A DNA stretch of 32,000 nt from Psychrobacter sp. HD31 (GTDB taxonomy: Bacteria; Pseudomonadota; Gammaproteobacteria; Pseudomonadales; Moraxellaceae). The stretch's first letter is position 1, and each line of letters begins with the position of its first letter. The notes beneath the pieces are model-generated. The model saw only the letters and a list, made by a program, of their open reading frames with translations. It made no database searches and was not told where the DNA came from. Where the stretch lies: positions 1,410,001-1,442,000 of the forward strand of contig NZ_CP142525.1 in NCBI RefSeq assembly GCF_051097895.1, given 5' to 3'. The translations under genes and the position numbers were made by a program. Positions 8,989 through 16,418 of this stretch are shown piece by piece.

Positions 8989-10836
8989 TTATTCAACCGT
9001 CACACTTTTCGCCAAGTTTCTTGGTTGATCCACATCAGTTCCTCGAGTAACAGCAACATGATAGGACAACAACTGCACAGGCACACTATAAACAACTGGC
9101 GCTAATAACTCGTCTACTTCTGGTATATAAATAACGTGAATACCCTCTTCTTCTTCAATGCCAGAATTTTCACTAGCAAATACAAATAATTCACCATGGC
9201 GCGCATGCACCTCTTGCATATTTGCCTTTAACTTATCAAGCATACTATCATTTGGTGCTAACACAACCACTGGCATATCTTTATCAATTAGGGCAAGTGG
9301 ACCATGTTTAAGCTCACCGGCTGCATAGCCTTCTGCATGAATATAGGAAATTTCTTTCAGTTTTAACGCACCTTCTAGCGCAATTGGAAACTGACTATGA
9401 CGCCCTAAGAAAATTGTACTCGTCTTATTTTCAAAAGACTCTGTCCACTGTTTAATCGTTTTGTCTAGATTAACAGCCTGATAGAGTTGCCCTGATAGTT
9501 TATGCATCTGTCCAATGATGTGATTTTCAACAGATAGGTCAAGGCGCTGCTGAATACGACCAACTTTTAATACCAACAGCATAAGTGCAACCAACTGAGT
9601 GGTAAATGCTTTGGTAGACGCAACCCCAATTTCAACGCCTGCTTGTGTTGGTAAATAAATATCCGTTTCACGCACCATAGAAGAAGTCGGGACATTACAT
9701 AGTGCCAAAGTCTGTAAACCTTGGATATCATTATTCTTGTACATCTTCTGCACAGCTCGTAACGCCGACAGCGTATCGGCTGTTTCACCTGATTGCGAAA
9801 TACAAATTAATAGAGTGTCATCACAAACCACTGGATGACGATATCTAAACTCGCTCGCAATTTCAACAGAACAAGGCAATCTGGTTAATTGCTCAAACCA
9901 ATACTTTGCAACCAGTCCAGAATGATAACTGGTACCACAAGCAAGAATTTGCACACAGCGTACCTGTTGCAATCTTTCATTATGTACCCCTAAAAAATCA
10001 GGTTTTAAGTGATTGGTGGTTACTCCCATATCAAGCGTTCGACTAACCGCATCTGGCTGCTCGTAAATTTCTTTGAGCATATAGTGCTTAAACTCACCTT
10101 TATCGGCATTATGTTGAGTGGCGTCTAATTCCTTAATTGCACGTTTCACTGGTTGACCATTCGCAAATACCTCAACATGATTGCGTGTTAATCTAGCAAT
10201 ATCACCTTCTTCAAGATACATAAAACGATTGGTAACTGGCAATAAGGCTAACTGGTCAGATGCAATAAAGTTTTCACCAATACCAACACCAATCACTAAA
10301 GGTGAACCTAGCCTAACGGTTATCAACTCATCTGGATGATCGGCATGAATAACCCCTAAAGCAAACGCACCATGTAATTTAGGAACTACCAGTTCCACTG
10401 CTTTTAATAGATCTTGAGTGCTTTGATATGCGTAATGAATAAGGTGTGCCACTACCTCAGTATCGGTCTCTGATGTAAACTGATAACCTTCAGCTATCAT
10501 CTCTTTTTTCAACTGAGCAAAGTTTTCCACAATCCCATTATGTACAACTGAAATCTTACCAGATACATGAGGATGTGCATTATGCTGTGCTGGTTCGCCA
10601 TGCGTTGCCCATCGAGTATGGGCGATACCTGTTGTACCAACAAAACAACCACTATCCATATTAACAGCATCAACTAAAGCTTGTACTTTGCCAACCTGAC
10701 GTTCTCTATGAAGTTGATTATTCTGAATAATGCTTAACCCAGCCGAATCATATCCACGATATTCTAGACGTTTTAATCCTTCTAATAAGATTTCTACAAT
10801 ATTTCTTTGGGCAATTGCACCAACGATTCCACACAT
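8989..10836 (-). CDS. glmS: glutamine--fructose-6-phosphate aminotransferase (isomerizing)
   Basis: The ORF is 615 aa. It starts MCGIVGAI (N-terminal nucleophile Cys), has tandem SIS domains (ACGTSYHSG, SQSGETADT) and ends NLAKSVTVE. Confidence 0.95.
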   Translation of the reverse strand: MCGIVGAIAQRNIVEILLEGLKRLEYRGYDSAGLSIIQNNQLHRERQVGKVQALVDAVNMDSGCFVGTTGIAHTRWATHGEPAQHNAHPHVSGKISVVHNGIVENFAQLKKEMIAEGYQFTSETDTEVVAHLIHYAYQSTQDLLKAVELVVPKLHGAFALGVIHADHPDELITVRLGSPLVIGVGIGENFIASDQLALLPVTNRFMYLEEGDIARLTRNHVEVFANGQPVKRAIKELDATQHNADKGEFKHYMLKEIYEQPDAVSRTLDMGVTTNHLKPDFLGVHNERLQQVRCVQILACGTSYHSGLVAKYWFEQLTRLPCSVEIASEFRYRHPVVCDDTLLICISQSGETADTLSALRAVQKMYKNNDIQGLQTLALCNVPTSSMVRETDIYLPTQAGVEIGVASTKAFTTQLVALMLLVLKVGRIQQRLDLSVENHIIGQMHKLSGQLYQAVNLDKTIKQWTESFENKTSTIFLGRHSQFPIALEGALKLKEISYIHAEGYAAGELKHGPLALIDKDMPVVVLAPNDSMLDKLKANMQEVHARHGELFVFASENSGIEEEEGIHVIYIPEVDELLAPVVYSVPVQLLSYHVAVTRGTDVDQPRNLAKSVTVE

Positions 10837-11273
10837 ACCGGGATTTCCTCGTAATTAAATTAATAAATAATTTTTTCTTCTAAGTATTCTAGATTTTACG
10901 CTGTTATATAAAGTAGATAAAGGTTCATTTCACTAACGATTTGGAAATATAATATTTTAGAACGATTAATAATATAAGAACATAATTAGATACGTAAGAA
11001 CCACAATGATTATTAAAATAATAAACCATTATTTTAGTGAATATTATTGTTCTAATACCAAGAAGTTCTCAGATATTACAGAGACTAACCTTTATAATTG
11101 ATAAAAACATTAATAACAGTTTAACAAGTAAGATTTTTGATGTTTCAAATAAAAATCATAAAACTATAAATCTTCTCAACCTAGAAACTGCTTATGTAAT
11201 ATTTTATCTGCCAATTCAGAAAAACCATGAAGAAATTAAAATATAAAATCCAGACTATAAATTTTTAAAATCA

Positions 11274-12008
11274 TCACCCATACTCTTTTAGAAATAATGT
11301 AGGGTTGTCCGTAATTATCGTATCTACCCCTATATCAATAAGTCTATTGGCTACTTTTAAATTATTTACAGTCCAAGCAGTTACTTGAATTCCATAACGA
11401 TGACATAAACTCACAATCTCCTCTGTAATTAGCGTGTACTTTAAACCGACTGATTTTGCTTGTATTCTTAACAGTGAATTGACAAGATCTGCCTTCTTAA
11501 AGGTAGATAATACTAAAAGACCTCTAGAAAACTCTCTAAAACCTTTATGATTTTTCAAAAGCTCTAGCAACTGAATGTCAAAGCTTGTCAGAACAATAGG
11601 AAGCTTAAACAGTTCTGAATTACAAAAGTTTTGATAAAGGATATTGACCATTTTCCGTTTGTCCATCCTAGGATGCGTCTTTATCTCCAGTTCAATATGG
11701 TTATATCCATATAAATATGGAACAATTTCAGTAAGAGTTAACATTCTATGGCCAGTATTAACGAAAAAAACTTTTTTACAGTAATCAGCGGTTAACTGCT
11801 CTATCATACCTTGTTGTCTGCAAACTCTAGCCAACGTATTGTCATGTGCTAAAACCAGTTGATTATCAGAAGTAATTTGAACATCAAACTCAATCCCGTC
11901 AATACCCTCTTTAATCAGTCTATGGGCTTGAATAAAACCTTCCTTTGAGTTTTCAAGCACTTCTGCTTTAGCACCACGATGTCCTAATATTTTAATTTTA
12001 CAATTCAT
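11274..12008 (-). CDS. glycerophosphodiester phosphodiesterase (GDPD family), no signal peptide
   Basis: The ORF is 244 aa. ILGHRGAKAEVLENSKEGF...GIDGIEFDVQITSDNQLVLAHDNTL matches the GDPD HRG...E.D...HD signature. The C-terminal WTVN...GVDTIITDNP is also typical of the family. Confidence 0.85.
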   Translation of the reverse strand: MNCKIKILGHRGAKAEVLENSKEGFIQAHRLIKEGIDGIEFDVQITSDNQLVLAHDNTLARVCRQQGMIEQLTADYCKKVFFVNTGHRMLTLTEIVPYLYGYNHIELEIKTHPRMDKRKMVNILYQNFCNSELFKLPIVLTSFDIQLLELLKNHKGFREFSRGLLVLSTFKKADLVNSLLRIQAKSVGLKYTLITEEIVSLCHRYGIQVTAWTVNNLKVANRLIDIGVDTIITDNPTLFLKEYG

Positions 12009-12049
12009 TTTCTTATATTCCTAATATCATTTTTGAATATCAAGATACC

Positions 12050-12088
12050 ACAAAAAGCACACAGCACCTAATTGGTACCATGTGCTTT
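12050..12088 (-). terminator. strand-specific rho-independent terminator after the repeat-bearing TagF-like gene
   Basis: The minus-strand RNA AAAGCACAUGGUACC-aauua-GGUGCUGUGUGCUUU forms a 15-bp stem (three G.U wobbles) running into UUUUUG. On the plus strand the wobbles become C.A mismatches. Confidence 0.65.
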
Positions 12089-12115
12089 ATATTAAAGAGA
12101 AGTTTGAGAATAGAG

Positions 12116-13582
12116 CTAGAACGAAGGTTCACTGCTCTCTTGAGAGTTGGTAAGATTTTCTAACGCTTGATCTCGTTCGTCGCAAATCATTTCAATTGCA
12201 GCAAGAAAGTTTTTAGTACTTTCTTTATTAATATAGTCAACATCACCTAAAAAATATCGTTTTACTTTATTACGGTTTAACTTTATCGTATCTTCTTCCA
12301 TCTCACGATGAATAATAGTTATTATCTCATTGAAATTATTACTATTAATCATAATAGCACCATTAGTAATAAAGGGTTTGTCATTACGCTCAGTGGTTTT
12401 ATAAAACATATCAGTCATAAGCATTGGCTTATCAGTTGCTAAATAATCAATCGCTACTGCTGAATTGTCAAAAATAGCTAAATCTACATGTTCGTAAAGT
12501 GAATTGATATCACCTCCTATGACAACTTGAGCTTTAAAATGACCTGTTAAGCGTTTAATAATCTGGTCATTTATTTTTTTCGACTGTACTAAGCGACTAC
12601 CCGTATTTGGGTGCGGCTTATAAATCAAATATAAACTAGGATCTGCTAAAATCTCATCAATAATTTGTAGACCATAATCATTTAATGATGTGTAGTTCAT
12701 CGATTCATGCGTTGATTCCCATGTTGGCGCATATAACACAACTTTTCTATCTTCTATTGTAGAGTTCCCAAATAATAATTGATCATCTAAGATAGTTGGA
12801 TCTTTCTTTGCAACATCAGGTTTAGAAATTTTTTCAATATATTCTAATTGTGGTCGTCCAATAGTAATATAGCGATTCATATCTTTATTTAACAGATTAT
12901 TACTATATTTATCATAAGCTGCTGGACCAACTAAAAAAACATAATCATAAGCTTTTGTTTGATTACTGACGGTTGATAATTTATCGCTTTCTCCATGGTT
13001 GATATGAACATGAAATGCATCTCGTGTAATTAATGACTGGAAATTCTTTTGTCCATGATTAACATATAATACACATTTAAATTGACCTTGTTCATATACC
13101 TGCATCACATTATCTATCAAACGACAATAAACAACTTGAAAGTCTGTATTCTTTTTAATCCAGTCAAACGTTTCCTTCTTACGTACAATAAAAATAAAGC
13201 TTTTTACTTTCACTAACTCTTTTAGAGGACCTAACCATTGCTCTATTTGATATAGATTGCCCAATCCCCCATCAAAATATAAAGCGACTTCATCTTTCAA
13301 CTGAATATTATGAAAAATTCTATTTTCAGTGGTGGCTGCTTTCTTTGCCGGAGCCTTTGCAACTGGTTTCTTTGCCGGTGCCTTTGCGGCTGGTTTCTTT
13401 GCCGGTGCCTTTGCGACTGGTTTCTTTGCCGGTGCCTTTACGGCTGGTTTCTTTGCCGGTGCCTTTGCGACTGGTTTTTTCTGAACAACTACATTCTCAG
13501 CTGTTCGTTTGTATATACTGTCGGCAACAGAAATCAAAGGGGTCTTTAAAAATTTAGATACCTTGCTCATATCTTCTCTCAT
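12116..13582 (-). CDS. CDP-glycerol glycerophosphotransferase (TagF/TagB family) with N-terminal KKPxAKAPA polycationic repeat
   Basis: The ORF is 488 aa. The C-terminal two-thirds carry TagF-family blocks (VVLYAPTWES, LIYKPHPN, DLAIFDNSAVAIDYLATDKPMLM). Residues 35-82 are five 9-aa repeats. An alternative start is ATG 13570. Confidence 0.8.
   Translation of the reverse strand: MREDMSKVSKFLKTPLISVADSIYKRTAENVVVQKKPVAKAPAKKPAVKAPAKKPVAKAPAKKPAAKAPAKKPVAKAPAKKAATTENRIFHNIQLKDEVALYFDGGLGNLYQIEQWLGPLKELVKVKSFIFIVRKKETFDWIKKNTDFQVVYCRLIDNVMQVYEQGQFKCVLYVNHGQKNFQSLITRDAFHVHINHGESDKLSTVSNQTKAYDYVFLVGPAAYDKYSNNLLNKDMNRYITIGRPQLEYIEKISKPDVAKKDPTILDDQLLFGNSTIEDRKVVLYAPTWESTHESMNYTSLNDYGLQIIDEILADPSLYLIYKPHPNTGSRLVQSKKINDQIIKRLTGHFKAQVVIGGDINSLYEHVDLAIFDNSAVAIDYLATDKPMLMTDMFYKTTERNDKPFITNGAIMINSNNFNEIITIIHREMEEDTIKLNRNKVKRYFLGDVDYINKESTKNFLAAIEMICDERDQALENLTNSQESSEPSF
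13337..13480 (-). repeat. in-frame 27-bp tandem repeat, 5 full units plus a partial, encoding (KKPxAKAPA)n
   Basis: On the plus strand the unit ctggtttctttgccggtgcctttgcg[a/g] is read head-to-tail, with point differences only at the V/A codons. Confidence 0.95.
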
Positions 13583-13609
13583 AGTTTTCTTGTTTCTATA
13601 AAAAAGTTA

Positions 13610-14965
13610 CTAGGACTCTTTTCTGGAGTTAAATTTAGAAAAAACACTGTTAATACTTAAAATGTCTTGTCTTGTTAATCTATCTGATTCTTTTGATTCT
13701 CGCTGAATAACCGATAGAAACTCACTGAGTTCATATCTTAATCCATCACCATCCAATTCAAAATTATAGGTAAACTCTTCTGATGCATCTTCAAATCGGA
13801 TATGATACCTTCTGGTTAGCCACCATGGAGCAGGCACATAAATGTATCCTTTAGTTCCTGAAATAATCGCGCTACCTTCCGTCTTTGCACCGATGCCTAC
13901 TGTAGACGTAGAAATACCCTGTTCATGTTCTAAGATAATATTAGTATATCCATCTACACCAATCATTTCTCTTTCTATAAACTCAATTCTTGTTGGTGTC
14001 CCTAGTACTCTTTGTGCTAATAACAACGGATAAGTTGCTAATTCATTGACAGCACCACCATAAGGTGACTGCCACTCTCTAAGACTACGGTCTGTTATCA
14101 ACTTAGAGAATGATGCTCGAACTTCTACAACATCACCAATTTTCCCACGTTCAATTTCAGAAAGCAGTTTATTAAAACCAGGGAAAAAGGCTGTTTTAAT
14201 TGCTTCCATCAAAACCAAACCTTTTTCATCAGCTATATCATATAGTTCCTTTAGATGCTCAGCCTTTAGTGTAATTGGCTTCTCACACAATACATGCTTG
14301 CCTGCTAAAAGTGCCTGTTTCGCATACTCAAAATGAGTCTCATGAGGAGTAGCAATATATACTGCATCAATAGGTGTATTAAGCAAATCCTCTATATTAT
14401 CAAAACCATAATGGATTTTATGATCTCGAATAAACTTTTCAACATTCAATAAGTTTCGTGACATTACCCCATATATATCTGCATTATTAAGATGTCTAGA
14501 CTCTTTCACAAATCTACCAGCAATCCTACCAGTCCCAACAACACCAATATTGTATATTTTTAAAGTCTCAGCTCTTAGCATAGTACTAGAAATACCTTTA
14601 GTACGAGGCAAATATACGACTTTAGTATACTCATTCAAATAGTCAAACTTTCCTACCCAATCATCACCAATAGCAAAAATATCAATATCATATTTTTGCA
14701 TATCCGTCGCTTTTTGAAATTTATGATATTCAATAATAACTTCATCAACAAAATCTAATTCTTTTACAGCTGCCGCACGTTCTTCCACTGTCTGTAAAAC
14801 ATTAAGCTTACCACGAGAGCGATCATAGTCTTCATCTGTAACACCAACCACTAAATAATCACCCAACTCTTTTGCTCTACGAAGTAGATTAATATGCCCT
14901 ATATGCAGCATGTCATAAGTACCATAAGTGATAACTTTAGTTATACCTTTATTTTCTATATTCAT
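13610..14965 (-). CDS. fusion protein: TagD-type glycerol-3-phosphate cytidylyltransferase (N) + Gfo/Idh/MocA NAD(P) oxidoreductase (C)
   Basis: The ORF is 451 aa. The first ~130 aa read VITYGTYDMLHIGHINLLRRAKELGDYLVVGVTDEDYD...RTKGISSTMLR (HxGH and RTxGISST cytidylyltransferase motifs). The remainder begins YNIGVVGTGRIAGRFV and includes DAVYIATPHETHFEYAKQALLAGKHVLCEKP (Gfo/Idh/MocA Rossmann plus EKP). An AAGGA Shine-Dalgarno sequence lies 8 nt upstream of the ATG. Confidence 0.85.
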   Translation of the reverse strand: MNIENKGITKVITYGTYDMLHIGHINLLRRAKELGDYLVVGVTDEDYDRSRGKLNVLQTVEERAAAVKELDFVDEVIIEYHKFQKATDMQKYDIDIFAIGDDWVGKFDYLNEYTKVVYLPRTKGISSTMLRAETLKIYNIGVVGTGRIAGRFVKESRHLNNADIYGVMSRNLLNVEKFIRDHKIHYGFDNIEDLLNTPIDAVYIATPHETHFEYAKQALLAGKHVLCEKPITLKAEHLKELYDIADEKGLVLMEAIKTAFFPGFNKLLSEIERGKIGDVVEVRASFSKLITDRSLREWQSPYGGAVNELATYPLLLAQRVLGTPTRIEFIEREMIGVDGYTNIILEHEQGISTSTVGIGAKTEGSAIISGTKGYIYVPAPWWLTRRYHIRFEDASEEFTYNFELDGDGLRYELSEFLSVIQRESKESDRLTRQDILSINSVFSKFNSRKES

Positions 14966-15217
14966 AGTATAGTTCCTTAAGCAAAGACAATATTAATATA
15001 TCTGTGCCAATTCAATTATAGTCACAATATTGCAACAATTATTTTTTATAATCAGATAAACGCTATATTAGTTTAATTAGCGAGTCATCATTAAAATTTA
15101 TAATCAACTATCCATACATAGTATAGTTAATAACCTCTACCATAAATTTCATATAAAAATAAAGAAAATTATTCACTTATAGCTAAGGCTAATTTTTAGA
15201 GTACATACAAAAGTTAA

Positions 15218-16378
15218 TTATAAGTTTGAATTTAGAGTAGTATACTCATACAATTTGAATTCATCTTTGTTAAGAATTACAGAATTAGGAGTATCATACG
15301 CACTATCAAAATTTTTCATTGGTGTTTGCCAATCACCGTAGTTTTCAGTTAAATATAAATCAAAATCAGCAGGAATCAGATAGCTAGCACCTAGAAAATA
15401 ATGTTCTACTAGCTCAAAAGGCTTATTATGCCATTTTTGCTTTACTCCTGCATGCCAATAATCATCAAATTCACGATAAGTAATAAATACATCAACATTT
15501 GTTCCATTTAAATGGCGTAACTTAATCACATCACGAGTTCGGCTCTTGATAATATAAAAATTACCGGATGTTGCAATTTTTTGTATCAATTGCTCATAAG
15601 TATAAGTATCCCATACGCCAACATCTATGTCTTTATCATGCCCCAAGAAGTTATTTTCACGAATACAGCCAAGTAAAGTACCACTAATTAAGAAAAACTC
15701 AACACCTTTTTGGTCTAAAATTGTTTTTAAATCCTGCAAAGCAACATTTGCTTGTTTAGTATCAATATTTTTTACCAACTTAATACCTTTTACTCCCTTC
15801 CATGTCGGACTCTTTACAATCTCTAACGCTTCAATGGTTTGACCACAACGCATATATGCATTAATTTTCGCAGTAATCAAATCGTCATTATCTAATAAGC
15901 TTGTTTGACATTCCACTTCAGCTATATTACGTAAAAATCTTTCACAATCTTTTCCATTCTCTACCAAATTAGACATTAATAACCAAGATTTTTTTCGTGT
16001 TGTAAACTTTACCAAGCTTTCTAATAAACACCATGCTTCATTACAACGATTAATTCTAATTAAAATTTCTGTATATAAAAATACGACTTCCGCAATTTGA
16101 TGATAATCTGGAATTGACAGTACCTCATGTTCAGCTTTACCATAGTCAGCAAATAAAAAATAACTAAGCGCAGTATAGTAATGTCCAAGAAGTAAATTTC
16201 TATTTATTAAAAAATTAGCAATTTCTCGCACCTTAAAATGATTACCTTTGGAAAGGTAATACTCAGCTAAACCTGCAGAAATCAACATAGTTTTTGAGTC
16301 ACTATATTGACTGTCTCTTATGAGTCTTTTTCCAAGCTTCCAGCAATTATAAATACCAGAAGCTTTCACTTTTTTCAT
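15218..16378 (-). CDS. LicD-family phosphotransferase with ~230-aa N-terminal TPR-like helical-repeat region
   Basis: The C-terminal half reads VEFFLISGTLLGCIRENNFLGHDKDIDVGVW...YLTENYGDWQTP (LicD LLGxxR...DxDxD signature). The N-terminal half has repeated TPR-like A/G/Y-spaced helices (AGLAEYYLSKGNHFKVREIANFLI; LGHYYTALSYFLFADYGKAEHEVL). The track ORF extends to a GTG at 16504. I prefer ATG 16378, which has a GAGG 11 nt upstream and avoids the 86-nt overlap. Confidence 0.75.
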   Translation of the reverse strand: MKKVKASGIYNCWKLGKRLIRDSQYSDSKTMLISAGLAEYYLSKGNHFKVREIANFLINRNLLLGHYYTALSYFLFADYGKAEHEVLSIPDYHQIAEVVFLYTEILIRINRCNEAWCLLESLVKFTTRKKSWLLMSNLVENGKDCERFLRNIAEVECQTSLLDNDDLITAKINAYMRCGQTIEALEIVKSPTWKGVKGIKLVKNIDTKQANVALQDLKTILDQKGVEFFLISGTLLGCIRENNFLGHDKDIDVGVWDTYTYEQLIQKIATSGNFYIIKSRTRDVIKLRHLNGTNVDVFITYREFDDYWHAGVKQKWHNKPFELVEHYFLGASYLIPADFDLYLTENYGDWQTPMKNFDSAYDTPNSVILNKDEFKLYEYTTLNSNL

Positions 16379-16418
16379 ACTAAATATAACCTCGTATGCA
16401 CTTTTATAAGAACTCGAC

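Noticed and set aside
11009-11025. A possible att-like direct repeat at the island edges: ATTATTAAAATAATAAA (11009-11025) versus ATTATTTTAATAATAAA (17539-17555).
   Set aside because: It is an AT-only 17-mer with 2 mismatches in very AT-rich spacers. No integrase, tRNA or IS is nearby. This is not distinguishable from chance without comparative data.
11037-11246. A 69-aa plus-strand ORF in the 437-bp AT-rich spacer upstream of glmS. An open frame of this length is mildly unusual in such AT-rich DNA.
   Set aside because: It has a GTG start with no Shine-Dalgarno sequence. Its N/I/K-rich composition simply mirrors the AT bias, it has no recognisable motif, and it runs opposite to every neighbouring gene. 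At most it is a remnant. I would revisit it only if Ribo-seq or homologues support it.
10837-11273. A possible cis-regulatory RNA (glmS ribozyme or GlmZ-type target) in the long glmS leader region.
   Set aside because: I could not find the conserved glmS ribozyme core or any convincing structure. The ribozyme is a Gram-positive feature, and the GlmY/GlmZ system is enterobacterial. The region simply looks like an AT-rich promoter or island-boundary DNA.
13310-13557. Two plus-strand ORFs (79 and 70 aa) with striking repeats (CRCLCGWFL..., LPVPLRLVS...), and the possibility that the periodic DNA is a CRISPR array.
   Set aside because: They are antisense or alternative-frame images of the 27-bp tandem repeat inside the minus-strand TagF-like gene. 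The repeats are contiguous with no spacers, and they are in frame with a long, family-recognisable ORF on the other strand.
14963-15128. A 12-bp direct repeat CATAGTATAGTT at 14963-14974 (covering the start codon of the TagD-fusion gene) and again at 15117-15128.
   Set aside because: It is short and AT-rich. The second copy would only start a 3-codon mini-ORF (ATG TAT GGA TAG), and there is no flanking extension of the similarity. It is most likely chance or a trivial local duplication.
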